64,000 bases of DNA from Dehalococcoidia bacterium (lineage in GTDB: Bacteria > Chloroflexota > Dehalococcoidia > UBA6926). The notes beneath the pieces are model-generated. The model saw only the letters and a program-made list of their open reading frames with translations. It made no database searches and had not been told where the DNA came from. Both the position numbers and the translations under genes were made by a program. Location of the stretch: the NCBI GenBank assembly GCA_963666115.2, contig CAXXET010000006.1, forward strand, positions 32,001 through 96,000, given 5' to 3'. Shown piece after piece: positions 1-10,463 of the stretch (positions within the stretch are counted from its first letter, which is position 1; the number at the start of each line of letters is the position of its first letter).

Positions 1-1
1 T

Positions 2-886
2 ATCACTGGCGCAATCGTAGAGCGGTTCAAGTTCACCACGTACCTCATCTTCCTCGTCCTGTGGCTGACCCTCGTCTACGCCCCCATCTGCCACTGGGTC
101 TGGGCCGAGGGCGGCTGGCTCTTTGACATGGGCGCGCTCGACTTCGCGGGCGGCACCGTCGTTCACATCAACGCGGGCGTTGCGGCCCTCGTCGCCGCCG
201 TCCTGGTGGGACGCAGGCGCAGGCCGGCTCTTGAACCCCACAACGTCCCATACGTTGTCCTGGGCGCGGGCATCCTCTGGTTCGGCTGGTTCGGCTTCAA
301 CGCCGGCTCCGGCCTGGCGGCCAACGGGCAGGCCGCAAACGCGCTGCTCGTCACCAACACGGCTGCTGCTGCGGCTGCGCTGACGTGGGGCATCCTCTCC
401 TACATCCAAACCGGGCGCATGAGCACCGTCGGCATCGCCACGGGCGCGGTTGCAGGACTGGTGGCCATCACGCCCGCCGCCGGATTCGTCAACGTCATGG
501 GCGCGCTTGTGCTTGGCATCGGCGCCGGCATCATCCCATACCTGTTCGTCCTCTATAGGCCGCGGATGGGCTTCGATGATGCGCTCGATGTCTTCGGCGT
601 GCACGGCGTCGCGGGAATCTGGGGCGCTCTTGGCACCGGCGTCTTCGCCGTTGAGGCCATTGGCGGCACGGCGGGCCTCCTTGAGGGCAACCCTGAGCAA
701 ATGGGAGTGCAGGTGATCGGTGTTGTCGCGACACTCGCCTACTCCGGCGTAGCCACCTTCGTCATCCTCAAGGTGCTGGACCTGATTCCCGGACTCGGGC
801 TCAGGGAGCCGGAGCCTGCCGAGGATGAGGGCCTTGACCTGGCCGCCCACGGTGAGCGCGCGTACGTCGCAGACGGCGCGGACTAG
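2..886 (+). CDS. amtB: Ammonium transporter (Amt family), 5' end outside the window
   Basis: Frame open from position 2 (ITGAIVERF...HWVW), then DFAGGTVVH, LWFGWFGFNAGS, GLVAITPAAG and DDALDVFGVHG motifs. Confidence 0.96.
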   Translation: MTGAIVERFKFTTYLIFLVLWLTLVYAPICHWVWAEGGWLFDMGALDFAGGTVVHINAGVAALVAAVLVGRRRRPALEPHNVPYVVLGAGILWFGWFGFNAGSGLAANGQAANALLVTNTAAAAAALTWGILSYIQTGRMSTVGIATGAVAGLVAITPAAGFVNVMGALVLGIGAGIIPYLFVLYRPRMGFDDALDVFGVHGVAGIWGALGTGVFAVEAIGGTAGLLEGNPEQMGVQVIGVVATLAYSGVATFVILKVLDLIPGLGLREPEPAEDEGLDLAAHGERAYVADGAD

Positions 887-942
887 ACCTGCCGCCAGGA
901 ATGACTAGAATCGGGAGCAGCGCGAGAGCGGGGAACGATCCT

Positions 943-973
943 GCGGCCCGGCGGGCCGATACCGCCGGGCCGC
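943..973 (+). promoter_or_regulatory. Intercistronic GC-rich hairpin between amt and PII
   Basis: gcggcccggcgg-N7-ccgccgggccgc, a perfect 12-bp stem just upstream of the AGGAG ribosome-binding site; no U-tract. Confidence 0.45.
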
Positions 974-995
974 GCAGAAGGAATAGGAGACGACA

Positions 996-1349
996 ATGCT
1001 GAGCATAGAGGCGATTATCAGGCCTGAAACAATTGAGGACGTCGTGGGCGAACTGGAAGCCATTGGCTGCCGCAAGTTCTACTACGCCAACGTCACCGGC
1101 ACGGGGCGGCAGGGCGGGGTCGAAGTCTTCGTTGGCCGCGCGGGGCAAATGACCCGCCGCCACGAGCGCCCCAGGACGGTTGTCAGGGCCGTCATCGAAG
1201 ACGGAATGAAAGATGACGTGGTCAATGCCATCATCCGCGGCGCCCGCAGCCCGGGCGACGGCGAGGTTGGCGACGGCAAGATCTTTGTGACCCGTGTCGA
1301 GGACGCCATTCGCGTTCGGACCGGCGAATCCGGCGACCCGGCCATCTGA
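996..1349 (+). CDS. P-II family nitrogen regulator (GlnB/GlnK-like, divergent T-loop)
   Basis: EAIIRP, GxGRQ, GEVGDGKIFV and IRVRTGE motifs; adjacent to amt. Confidence 0.92.
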   Translation: MLSIEAIIRPETIEDVVGELEAIGCRKFYYANVTGTGRQGGVEVFVGRAGQMTRRHERPRTVVRAVIEDGMKDDVVNAIIRGARSPGDGEVGDGKIFVTRVEDAIRVRTGESGDPAI

Positions 1350-1371
1350 CGGGAGAAAGGCGGGTGGGGGA

Positions 1372-1414
1372 CGATCCCGCGGCGGGCAATATGCCCGCCG
1401 CGGGATCGCTTTTT
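1372..1414 (+). terminator. Intrinsic terminator after PII
   Basis: 17-bp perfect stem (cgatcccgcggcgggca-ata-tgcccgccgcgggatcg) followed by cttttt. Confidence 0.8.
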
Positions 1415-1498
1415 GTGCCTCCCCCTATCACAGCGGCTCAAAAATCTCTATAGTTTGTAGTGACGACGATGCCTCTGGTGGATGGGAGACACGCAGCA

Positions 1499-1840
1499 AT
1501 GACATCTGTAGCAGAACCCTTTGAGCGCGTTGACGTCGATAGGGCAAGGGAGCTCATCGACAACGGCGGCGTCGCGCTGATCGACGTCCGCGAACAGGAG
1601 GAATGGGACGAGGGCTACATTGAAGGCGCAACCCGCATCTCGGTGAATGACATCATCAACATGAGCGCCGTCGATGACCTCCCCAAGGATCAGCCTATCG
1701 TCTTCTACTGCGCCGCCGGCGTCCGCTCCGCCCTTGCCTCGGAACTCGCCGCTTCCGTCGGCGTTCCGGGCCCGCTGTACAGCATGGAGGGCGGCTTCGA
1801 CGCGTGGAAAAAGGCCGGCCATCCCACCGCCCAGGACTGA
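1499..1840 (+). CDS. Rhodanese-like domain protein
   Basis: LIDVRE..EWDEGYIEGA, active-site FYCAAGVRS, MEGGFDAW; start placed at the ATG after GGGAGA. Confidence 0.9.
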   Translation: MTSVAEPFERVDVDRARELIDNGGVALIDVREQEEWDEGYIEGATRISVNDIINMSAVDDLPKDQPIVFYCAAGVRSALASELAASVGVPGPLYSMEGGFDAWKKAGHPTAQD

Positions 1841-1853
1841 GCCTGGCAGTCCC

Positions 1854-3467
1854 GTGACTACCGACCCGTACGAGGCGCAGCGTCCCATCATCGACGCGCT
1901 TAGCTCGCCTGCCACCTATCCTCCCCGCGATGGCGTCGATGCCGTTGAAGTGCGCGAAACCCACTCCGCTGTCGTCTTCCTCGCGGGCGACCGCGCCTAC
2001 AAGATGAAGAAGGCCGTCGACTACGGCTTCCTGGACTTCACCACCCTCTTAAGGCGCCGCTACTTCTGCTACCAGGAGCTCTTTCTCAACCAGCGTGCCG
2101 CCCCGGACATCTACCGTGAGGTTCGCGCCGTCATACCGAATGGGCGGGGCGGCTACCGCATCGTTGCGGAAGACAACCCCGCAGCCGTTGAATACCTCGT
2201 CCAGATGGTTCGCCTGCCGGAAGACATGATGCTGGACGCGCGGTTGGAGCGCGGCGAGGTCACCCCGGAAATGATGGCTGAACTCGGCCGCATCGTCGCC
2301 AATGTCCACGCCAATGAGGAGACAAGTGATAGCATAGCTGCCGCAGGTGGACTTGAAGGCGTCCGCTTCAATGTTGAAGAGAACTTTGAGCAGACACAGG
2401 CGTACATCGGGCGCACCATCTCACAGGAAACGTACGATGCCGTCTCCACGTACGCCCGCCGCTTCATGGAGCGGCGCGCAGCCCTCTTCAACACCCGCTC
2501 ACGGAACGGATTTGTCCGTGACACCCACGGAGACCTCCACGTTCAACAGATTTGCATTGAGGCCAATGGCCGCATCTCCGTCCTCGACTGCATCGATTTC
2601 AACGAGCGCTTTCGCTACGGTGATGTTGCCTGGGATGTCGGATTCATGGCCATGGACCTCGAGGCGCGAGGCCACCCGGACCTTGCCCGCTCCTTCGTCG
2701 ACGGCTACCTGGAACTGGCCGACGATCCCGGAATGCCTGAACTGCTGCCCTTCTACCAGTGCTACCGCGCCTACGTCCGCGGCAAGGTGGAGGGCTTTCG
2801 GCTGGATCAGCCCGACCTCAGCGACCAGGAGGCTGCGGAAGTCAGGCAGCGCGCAGAGGGCTATTTCCGCCTCGCCGAACAATACGCCCGCGCCATGATC
2901 GGCCCCAACATCGTTCTCATCGGCGGACTCATGGGCAGTGGCAAGAGCACTCTCGCCGAGGGTCTGGCCCGGGATCGCGGCCACGCATATCTTTCAAGCG
3001 ACGTCGTCCGCAAGGAATTGCAGGGCATCCCCCCCGAGGAGCGCCACTTTGTCGAATGGAACACGGAGATATATTCACCGGAGGTAACTGGGCGAACCTA
3101 CGATGAACTCGCTCGTCTCGCCGCCGGCCTGCTTGAACAGGGTCGCTCCGTGGTCGTTGACGCATCGTTCGCCGCGCCGGAGCAGCGCAAACGCTTCGCA
3201 GACCTTTCAAGCTCCACGGGCGTCCCCCTCCACATGGTCGTCTGTGAGCTCGATGAGGACATTACCCGCCAGCGCCTGGACGCCCGGGTTGAGGAAGGCG
3301 AAACGACGTCGGACGGCCGCTGGGAGATCTACGCCGCCCAACGCGACTCTTTCCAGCAGCCGGATGAGCTAGCGGGGGATTCCGTCCTGCGCCTTGACAC
3401 GTCCGGCCCCGCTCAATCTGTGATTGATGCCCTCGTCTCACGTCTCGACTCGGATTCGCTAGAATAA
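1854..3467 (+). CDS. Aminoglycoside-phosphotransferase-like domain fused to a P-loop (AAA_33) kinase, Rv2004c-like
   Basis: ETH..VFL.GDRAYK.KK.VD.GFLDF, HGDLH, DCIDFNERFR, then Walker A GLMGSGKST and SSDVVRKEL; GTG start inferred. Confidence 0.88.
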   Translation: MTTDPYEAQRPIIDALSSPATYPPRDGVDAVEVRETHSAVVFLAGDRAYKMKKAVDYGFLDFTTLLRRRYFCYQELFLNQRAAPDIYREVRAVIPNGRGGYRIVAEDNPAAVEYLVQMVRLPEDMMLDARLERGEVTPEMMAELGRIVANVHANEETSDSIAAAGGLEGVRFNVEENFEQTQAYIGRTISQETYDAVSTYARRFMERRAALFNTRSRNGFVRDTHGDLHVQQICIEANGRISVLDCIDFNERFRYGDVAWDVGFMAMDLEARGHPDLARSFVDGYLELADDPGMPELLPFYQCYRAYVRGKVEGFRLDQPDLSDQEAAEVRQRAEGYFRLAEQYARAMIGPNIVLIGGLMGSGKSTLAEGLARDRGHAYLSSDVVRKELQGIPPEERHFVEWNTEIYSPEVTGRTYDELARLAAGLLEQGRSVVVDASFAAPEQRKRFADLSSSTGVPLHMVVCELDEDITRQRLDARVEEGETTSDGRWEIYAAQRDSFQQPDELAGDSVLRLDTSGPAQSVIDALVSRLDSDSLE

Positions 3468-3498
3468 TGGGACGCGCCGCGCCCAGGGAGAACACTGA

Positions 3499-4773
3499 AT
3501 GACCGTTACCGAAACCGCCCATGACGTAGCCAACCTGTCCCTTGCCGACGAGGGGCAGCGGCGCATCGAGTGGGCTGCGCGGGAAATGCCCGTCGTCAAG
3601 CTGATACAGGAGCGTTTCCGCGAGGAAAAGCCGCTCGTCGGGCAGCGCATCGCCGCCTGCCTGCACGTCACGTCTGAAACGGCCAATCTCATGCTCGCTC
3701 TGGTTGACGGCGGCGCCGAGGTGCGCCTTTGCGCCTCCAACCCGCTCTCCACGCAGGACGACGTTGCGGCCGCCCTCGTCGTCAATCACGGCATATCCGT
3801 TTTCGCAATCCACGGCGAGGACACGGAGACCTACTACAAGCACATCAACCAGGCGCTGGATGGCAGTCCCACCATCACGATGGACGATGGCGCAGACCTC
3901 GTCGCGACCATCCACGGTGAGCGGCAGGACCTCATCGAGGGCCTCCGGGGCGGCAGCGAGGAAACGACGACCGGCGTCATCCGCCTCCGCAGCCTTGCGC
4001 AGCAGGGCAAGCTCATGTACCCCGTCATCGCCGTCAATGATGCCGACACCAAGCACCTGTTCGACAACCGCTACGGCACCGGCCAGAGCACGCTGGACGG
4101 CATCACCCGCGCCACGAACATCCTGTGGGCGGGCAAGACGGTGCTCGTCGCGGGCTACGGCTGGTGCGGGCGCGGCGTTGCCATGCGGGCGCGCGGCATG
4201 GGCGCGCAGGTCATCGTGAGCGAAATCGACCCCATCCGCGCCCTTGAAGCCCTGATGGATGGCAACCGCGTGATGACGACGGCGGAGGCTGTGCCGCAGG
4301 CCGATGTCATCATCACCGTCACGGGCGACATCCACGCGATTGGGCGCAGCCACATCCCCCTGCTGAAGGACGGCGTCGTGCTGACCAACTCCGGCCATTT
4401 CAACGTCGAGATCGATATACCGGCGCTTGAAGAAGCCAGCAACGGCTCTCGTGAACTCAGGCAGAACGTCGTGGCCTATGACATGAAGGACGGCCGCGCG
4501 GTGAATCTCCTTGCGGAGGGACGCCTTATCAACCTGGCCGCAGCCGAGGGCCACCCCTCCGCCGTCATGGACCTCTCCTTCGCGGATCAGGCGCTTGCCG
4601 CCGAGTATCTGTCCGGCAATGAGGGCAGTGACCTGTCGAACGATGTTCACACCTTGCCACAGGAACTCGATGCGGAAGTTGCGAGGCTCAAGCTCCGGTC
4701 CGTCGGCATCGCCATCGACACGCCAACCGAAGAGCAGACGAAGTATCTCGGCAGTTGGGAGATGGGCACCTGA
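3499..4773 (+). CDS. ahcY: Adenosylhomocysteinase
   Basis: ACLHVT, SNPLSTQD, EETTTG, KHLFDNRYGTGQS, GYGWCGRG, EGHPS motifs. Confidence 0.97.
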   Translation: MTVTETAHDVANLSLADEGQRRIEWAAREMPVVKLIQERFREEKPLVGQRIAACLHVTSETANLMLALVDGGAEVRLCASNPLSTQDDVAAALVVNHGISVFAIHGEDTETYYKHINQALDGSPTITMDDGADLVATIHGERQDLIEGLRGGSEETTTGVIRLRSLAQQGKLMYPVIAVNDADTKHLFDNRYGTGQSTLDGITRATNILWAGKTVLVAGYGWCGRGVAMRARGMGAQVIVSEIDPIRALEALMDGNRVMTTAEAVPQADVIITVTGDIHAIGRSHIPLLKDGVVLTNSGHFNVEIDIPALEEASNGSRELRQNVVAYDMKDGRAVNLLAEGRLINLAAAEGHPSAVMDLSFADQALAAEYLSGNEGSDLSNDVHTLPQELDAEVARLKLRSVGIAIDTPTEEQTKYLGSWEMGT

Positions 4774-5303
4774 ATCTGCCGACGACAGCCCCAGCCGGCA
4801 CAACGGGCGGCGCCGGAGCGGTGTCGATCCGGGCGGTTGCCTCGCCTGAGGAGCAGGAGCGCTACGGCCACTGCTTCGGGTGCGGGGTCGCGAATGATTC
4901 CGGCCTGAACCTGGAGTTTGAGTCGCTTGAGGACGGAAGCGTCACAGCCCTCTACGTTCCCCAGGAGCGGCATCAGGGCTGGCCCAACGTACTCCATGGC
5001 GGCATCGTCGCCACCCTGCTGGATGAGGCGGCTGCCTACGTCGCCTACGCGCGCGGCCAACACGCTGCCACGGCGCGGCTCAACATCCGGTACAGCCGCC
5101 CCGCGCCGCTTGACACGCCCCTTCGCGTAACCGCAGCCCTTGTGAAAGACACGCGCCGCATGCTTACCATAGAAGCCCGCGTCACAACGCTCGAGGACGA
5201 GAAGATTGCCAGCGCTGAGGCCGCGCTCCTTCTCCTCACGCCTAGGCAAGAGCAGGAATACGGCCTGGTTCCGCTGGCCGGCGCGGCGAACAATGACAGC
5301 TAG
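4755..5303 (+). CDS. PaaI-family (hotdog-fold) thioesterase; true start may be nearer 4821
   Basis: CFGCG..N..GL, HQGWPNVLHGGIVATLLDE. Confidence 0.85.
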   Translation: MGDGHLNLPTTAPAGTTGGAGAVSIRAVASPEEQERYGHCFGCGVANDSGLNLEFESLEDGSVTALYVPQERHQGWPNVLHGGIVATLLDEAAAYVAYARGQHAATARLNIRYSRPAPLDTPLRVTAALVKDTRRMLTIEARVTTLEDEKIASAEAALLLLTPRQEQEYGLVPLAGAANNDS

Positions 5304-5330
5304 GACAGGGAGTAGAGAGGAAAAGGATAG

Positions 5331-6605
5331 ATGACGACGTTCCTGCAGACGAGCGAATCCGTGACAGAAGGCCATCCGGACAAACTGTGCGACCAGATTT
5401 CCGACGCGGTTCTTGACGCGATCTTCGCTGATGACCCCACCGCTCGCGTCGCGTGTGAAACCCTTGTCACCAGGGGCCTGGTCTTCGTAACCGGCGAGAT
5501 TACCACCAGCTCCTATGTCGATATCCAGGCCATCGTGCGGAATACCGTCAGGGAAGTGGGCTACACCGATTCCGACTACGGATTCGACGCAAATACCTGC
5601 GGGGTTATCGTCTCCATCAATGAGCAGTCGCAGGACATCAAGAGCGGTGTGGACGAAGCAGAGGAAATCCGCGGCGAGGGCGCTGCCGACGCCATTGCCA
5701 ACCTCGGAGCGGGCGACCAGGGCTCCATGGTGGGCTACGCCTGCCGTGAGACGGAGGACGCCCTTGGAACGGACAATGTTTTCATGCCGCTGCCCATCTA
5801 CCTGTCACACCGGTTGGCGGAGAAGCTGGCCGAAGTCCGCACCAACGGCTCGCTCCCATATCTCAGGCCCGACGGAAAATCCCAGGTCACCGTCGAATAC
5901 GAGGACGGCAAGGTGCGGCGCATCGACAGCATCACGTTGGCTGCCCAACATGACCCCGAAGTGAGCAATGACGCCCTCCGCCGCGACCTCAATGAGTTCG
6001 TCATCCGGGAGGTCGTGCCGCACAACCTCATGGATCGGGACACGAAGCTCCACATCAACTCCTCCGGTCGTTTCGTGATCGGCGGGCCAATGGCGGACGC
6101 CGGGCTGACCGGCCGCAAGATCCTCGTGGACACCTACGGCGCCGGCTACAAGCACGGCGGCGGCGCATTCTCCGGCAAGGACCCCACGAAAGTCGACCGC
6201 TCCGGCGCGTACTACGCGCGCTATGTGGCCAAGAACGTCGTCGCGGCTGGACTCGCTGAACGCTGCGAGATTCAACTCGCGTACGTCATTGGCCGGCGAG
6301 AACCCGCATCCGTCTCAATTGAGACGTTCGGCACGGGAACGATCCCCAATGAGAGGATTGAAGAGCTCGTTCGTGACAACTTTGACATGACCCCCGGCGC
6401 AATCATCACCCAGCTGGACCTCATGAGCGCGGACGCCGGCCGGCGGCCCCGCTATCGCCGGGTTGCGGCATACGGCCATTTCGGGCGCAACCACATCAAT
6501 CGCACCGATGGGAGCCGCATTGAAGTCCCCTGGGAGCGCACGGACAAGGCCGCGGCGCTTCGGCAAGCCGCCGGTCTCCCTGATCCTGCACGGCAGGACG
6601 GTTAG
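5331..6605 (+). CDS. metK: S-adenosylmethionine synthetase
   Basis: [47 protein letters not shown]. Confidence 0.98.
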   Translation: MTTFLQTSESVTEGHPDKLCDQISDAVLDAIFADDPTARVACETLVTRGLVFVTGEITTSSYVDIQAIVRNTVREVGYTDSDYGFDANTCGVIVSINEQSQDIKSGVDEAEEIRGEGAADAIANLGAGDQGSMVGYACRETEDALGTDNVFMPLPIYLSHRLAEKLAEVRTNGSLPYLRPDGKSQVTVEYEDGKVRRIDSITLAAQHDPEVSNDALRRDLNEFVIREVVPHNLMDRDTKLHINSSGRFVIGGPMADAGLTGRKILVDTYGAGYKHGGGAFSGKDPTKVDRSGAYYARYVAKNVVAAGLAERCEIQLAYVIGRREPASVSIETFGTGTIPNERIEELVRDNFDMTPGAIITQLDLMSADAGRRPRYRRVAAYGHFGRNHINRTDGSRIEVPWERTDKAAALRQAAGLPDPARQDG

Positions 6606-6614
6606 CCCGCCCGC

Positions 6615-7613
6615 GTGGCGAAGCCCATGCTGGACGGCCTCACCGCAGTCGTTCTCGCGGGCGGCGAGGGCACGCGCCTCCGCCCCCTCACCAATGACCT
6701 GCCAAAGCCCGTCCTCCCCGTCGCCAACCGTCCCTTTTTTGAGTACATGCTTGACCACCTGCGAGAGGCGGGCGTCACGCGCGTCATCATGGCGCTCGGC
6801 TACCGCGCGGAGCCGCTCATCGAGAGCTTTGGCGATGGTAGCGCCTACGGCCTCATGATTGACTACGTCGTTGAGCAAAAGCCCCTCGGCACGTCCGGCG
6901 CGGTCCGTGCTCTCCTGCCGGAACTCAAGGAAACCTTCCTCGTCCTCAATGGCGATTGCGTGACGGAGATCGACATTGCCGCCATGGTGAACCAGCACGT
7001 CGAGCGCCGAGAGTACGCCACCCTCGCCGTCCACTCTGTCGATGACCCCTCGCGCTACGGCGTCGTGCTCATCGACGGCATCGGATACGTCAACCGTTTC
7101 ATCGAGAAGCCGCCCGGCCCCCGCTTCCCCGCGCACACCGTCAACAGCGGCGTCTATGCGCTGGAGCCTGAGATGTTCAACTTCATCAGCGACGGCTTCT
7201 CCATGTTTGAAAAAGACCTGTTTCCTGCCGCGCTCATGGCCGGCGTCGAAATCGGAACCTTCCCCTGGGAGGGCTATTTCATGGACATGGGCACGCCGGA
7301 GAGCTTTCTGCAGCTCAACCGCGATGTCCTGACGGGCGCCGCCCCAACGCGCCGCCCGCCCGTTGAACCCGCGAATGCGCCCACAATCCACGAATCCGCC
7401 CATGTCGATGGCCCCGTTAGCTACGGCGAGGGCGTGTCCATCGGTGCGAATTGCCGCGTCAGTGGCCCCGTCGTTCTCGGCGACAGCGTCGTTGTCGAAG
7501 AGTCGGCGCACATTCAGGACAGCGTCATCCTTGCGAACTCGCGAATAGGAGCGAACGCGATTCTCAAAGGCGCAATCGTCGCTCAGGGTGAGACCGTTCT
7601 TGCAGCCGACTGA
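6615..7613 (+). CDS. NDP-sugar pyrophosphorylase (mannose-1-phosphate guanylyltransferase-like)
   Basis: LAGGEGTRLRPLT..PKP, LNGD, FIEKP, C-terminal hexapeptide (left-handed beta-helix) repeats. Confidence 0.9.
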   Translation: MAKPMLDGLTAVVLAGGEGTRLRPLTNDLPKPVLPVANRPFFEYMLDHLREAGVTRVIMALGYRAEPLIESFGDGSAYGLMIDYVVEQKPLGTSGAVRALLPELKETFLVLNGDCVTEIDIAAMVNQHVERREYATLAVHSVDDPSRYGVVLIDGIGYVNRFIEKPPGPRFPAHTVNSGVYALEPEMFNFISDGFSMFEKDLFPAALMAGVEIGTFPWEGYFMDMGTPESFLQLNRDVLTGAAPTRRPPVEPANAPTIHESAHVDGPVSYGEGVSIGANCRVSGPVVLGDSVVVEESAHIQDSVILANSRIGANAILKGAIVAQGETVLAAD

Positions 7614-8853
7614 CAGCCCCGCCAGGGCAACCATCTACCAATTCCTTGACGGCCCGCGCCGCATCCTCCAATTCCGCGACTTCCGCGTGCTGTGGCCCGC
7701 CACCATGGCCATGTCCATGGGGTTCTGGATGCAGCAGCTCACACTGGGCTGGCTCGTGCTCCAGATGTCAGATTCCGCGTTCTGGGTGGGCGCGGCGGAG
7801 GCCGCCCGGCTCGCCCCGTTCCTGCTCTTTGGCCTCGTCGCGGGCACGATTGCCGACCGGCTTGAGCGCCGCATCCTCCTCCGCGTCATCGTCACCTGCA
7901 ACATCGTCCTGAGCGTCGCGCTCGGAATACTGGAACTGAACGGCCTGCTCAGCGTCCCCATCGCCATCGGCGGCGCATTCCTCTACGGAACCGTCAACGC
8001 CTTTCTCATGCCCACCCTCCAGGCGTACGTGCATGACATCGTCGGCAGCCGCCTGGTCGTCAACGGCCTCGCCCTCAACCAGTTCGCGCAGCGCCTCATG
8101 GGCGTCTTCGGCGGGCTGCTGGGCGGCGTGCTGCTCGCCGTGCTCGGCATTGGCGGAACGTTCCTCGTAATGGCGGGAGGATACACGATTGCGTTTGTCA
8201 TCCTTCTCTTTACACGCACCGCCTCCCGCCCCGGCTTCGGCGCGCCGGAGCAGCCGTCCGTCCGGCAGTCCTTTGGCGAAGCGCTCAGCCTAGTTGGCAG
8301 AAACCCCTCCGTGCGCGCGCTCCTGCTGCTGTCCGTCGCGACGGAGATATTCGCCTTCTCTCACATCGTCATGATCTCCATCTTCGCCCGTGACGTGCTG
8401 GAGATTGGCGAGCAGGGGTTCGGCATCATGGTCGCCGCCCGCGCAGTCGGCTCCGTAGTGGGCGTGGTGGCTCTTGCCGCCATCGGCGACCGTCTCCCAA
8501 AGGGCAAGACGCTGCTCGTTGCGAGCGCGTTATTCGGCCTCAGCCTTGCCGCCTTTGGCTCACAGCCGTGGATCATTACGGCGCTGGTGTTCCTGGGACT
8601 GGCCGGCACGATGGCCGCGATCTTCGACACGCTCCAGCAAGCCGCCTTGCAGCTAGCCGTAGGCAGTGATCAGCGGGGCAGGGCGATGGGCATCTGGGTC
8701 ATGGGTGTAGGCGCCGGCCCCGTCGGCCACCTGGAGGTCGGCTCGCTCTCCGATTTCACCAGCCCGCAATTCGCCGTCATCTTCAACGGCCTAATGCTGG
8801 TCATCTTCGTGATTCTCATCACAATGACCACCCCCCGCCTCCGCAGAATCTAA
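7588..8853 (+). CDS. MFS transporter (start uncertain)
   Basis: About 12 hydrophobic segments; GTIADRLERR motif A; QRGRAMG. Confidence 0.9.
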   Translation: MRPFLQPTDSPARATIYQFLDGPRRILQFRDFRVLWPATMAMSMGFWMQQLTLGWLVLQMSDSAFWVGAAEAARLAPFLLFGLVAGTIADRLERRILLRVIVTCNIVLSVALGILELNGLLSVPIAIGGAFLYGTVNAFLMPTLQAYVHDIVGSRLVVNGLALNQFAQRLMGVFGGLLGGVLLAVLGIGGTFLVMAGGYTIAFVILLFTRTASRPGFGAPEQPSVRQSFGEALSLVGRNPSVRALLLLSVATEIFAFSHIVMISIFARDVLEIGEQGFGIMVAARAVGSVVGVVALAAIGDRLPKGKTLLVASALFGLSLAAFGSQPWIITALVFLGLAGTMAAIFDTLQQAALQLAVGSDQRGRAMGIWVMGVGAGPVGHLEVGSLSDFTSPQFAVIFNGLMLVIFVILITMTTPRLRRI

Positions 8854-8861
8854 GCTGCGCT

Positions 8862-8887
8862 TGTCATTCTGAGCGCAGCGAAGAATC
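8862..8887 (+). repeat. REP-like family D copy (TGTCATTCTGAGCGCAGCGAAGAATC)
   Basis: Near-identical copy at 56362-56387. Confidence 0.7.
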
Positions 8888-8893
8888 CTCCCC

Positions 8894-9364
8894 CTACTCC
8901 CCCGCCGCCCCCAACTCCTCCCACAACTGCCGCGTCAGCGCCACGTGCCCCAAATGCTCCCCAAGATGCCGGATCATCACGGCCAGCATCCCCGCCCCCG
9001 TCGATTCATTCCCCACAAACTCCCGTTTGCTGGTCAACATCTCCGCAGTCGTCGTCGAAAGAGCCTCTTCAACCTTCGCCTGCGTCTCATCGATCAGCCT
9101 CAGAAGATCCGCAGACCGTGTGCCCACTGCGGCAAATTCCGCCGCCCGGTCGCGCTGCGGCTCCTCGCCCCGCGCAACGGCGCACATGCCGCCCGCCATC
9201 CCCATCATGTGCGACACGAGCATGTAGATCGAACTGCTCTCATCGCCCACCGGCCTCCAATTCAGCGCCTCGCCCTCCAGCCCATCCAGCGCCTGCCGCA
9301 GATCGTTCACCACGACCCTGAACTGGGCTTGAACCCCGGAAACAACCACCTCTGTCATCGTCAT
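8894..9364 (-). CDS. DinB-family protein
   Basis: LNWRP....SIY.LVSH and HLGEHLGH metal-binding His pattern. Confidence 0.8.
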   Translation of the reverse strand: MTMTEVVVSGVQAQFRVVVNDLRQALDGLEGEALNWRPVGDESSSIYMLVSHMMGMAGGMCAVARGEEPQRDRAAEFAAVGTRSADLLRLIDETQAKVEEALSTTTAEMLTSKREFVGNESTGAGMLAVMIRHLGEHLGHVALTRQLWEELGAAGE

Positions 9365-9511
9365 CGTCGTATTCGCTTCCTATCCAAAAGAACCCGGTCT
9401 AACCCGCCATCCCCACCCAGCAGGGCAATAAGTGTAGCGGATTGGCGCGCCCCACGCGACGGTGCGGACGGGTAGTTCCAGCGCAATTTATCTGGTGGCG
9501 AGCCTCTTGAG

Positions 9512-10462
9512 TCAACGCTTGGTAATCTTGGGGCCGACGTAGACAACGTACAGGGGCGTATCGGCTCGTATTGGTGACGAGAAGTGAATCCGCAAATGGG
9601 ACGTACTGACTTTGCCGTGCCACGTGCAAAACAACTTCCTATCTGCGTTGGCGGGATGCCTGAAAGTAAGATCCGATTCAAACTGCGATTTCTCCGTTTC
9701 GGAAGAGTCCGAGAACCATGCCCTATCTCCCGTAAAGTGCCTCTGGTATAGGGCGTGGCCCTCCGGGCTTCGTTCTCCGCCCGCGTTGAAGCTCTGTTTC
9801 AGTTCGTTCAAGACGCCGAGTAAAGCCAGAATTCGATCCGCTGCTCCCGCGCCAAACGGATGTCCTCTAAGGGGAGCGAAACAATCGTCGGCAAGGACAA
9901 GAGCCTGATACCGTGATCGCGCACGCTGCTCAAGTGCCTCCCAAGAATTGAGCCGAGGGAGGGATGCTTCGAGGTCCGCCCGCAACGTGTCAACCTCCCA
10001 ATAGTTGGGGACGTCAACACTCCTGACCTCTCCCGCCTCATGCCATTCGACCGGCAGTGGAGATATTAGCCAAGACGAAGGGCTAAAGCTGACAAGACCC
10101 CGGGCTGAGTGGTGAAAAAGGCAGTAAGCAGCCTCTCCTACGCCAGAGTCCGTAACGATCTCACCCTGGCACTCCAGCCAGTCGCCGCCACCATGCTGCC
10201 TATCGTCCTCCCAAAAGGGTCCAGATTTGCTCAACCACGCCAATACTGACCTCTTGGCATTCTGGTTGAGGGAGTTGATGGCCTGTCGAAACGTGAGTTC
10301 CGCCGTTACGGGTGCGCTACTCAGGCCGTAGCGGCACTGTAAACCTCTATCGTATGACCGAGCGGATTCTCGCATGGTCAGAACATGGTCGAGCGCCGCT
10401 TGGAAGGCCGCAATATCCGGGAACTGCCCGTGCAACGATCGGTCGTTCAGGATCAGCTCCAT
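9512..10462 (-). CDS. Putative effector of a Menshen-like system (NsnC-like; C-terminus RelE-like)
   Basis: ATG 1 nt after the ATPase stop; C-terminal WHGK....RIHF....LYVVYVGPK; lower GC. Confidence 0.6.
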   Translation of the reverse strand: MELILNDRSLHGQFPDIAAFQAALDHVLTMRESARSYDRGLQCRYGLSSAPVTAELTFRQAINSLNQNAKRSVLAWLSKSGPFWEDDRQHGGGDWLECQGEIVTDSGVGEAAYCLFHHSARGLVSFSPSSWLISPLPVEWHEAGEVRSVDVPNYWEVDTLRADLEASLPRLNSWEALEQRARSRYQALVLADDCFAPLRGHPFGAGAADRILALLGVLNELKQSFNAGGERSPEGHALYQRHFTGDRAWFSDSSETEKSQFESDLTFRHPANADRKLFCTWHGKVSTSHLRIHFSSPIRADTPLYVVYVGPKITKR

Positions 10463-10463
10463 G

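Noticed and set aside
3468-5330. SAM or SAH riboswitch at ahcY/metK
   Set aside because: The intergenic gaps are about 30 nt, too short, and no consensus is visible
3262-7634. Long antisense ORFs (3262-4803, 6315-7634) and similar ones at 18219-19787, 37491-38576, 60575-62371 and 62260-63396
   Set aside because: Shadow frames of well-supported genes in high-GC DNA; they carry no recognisable motifs
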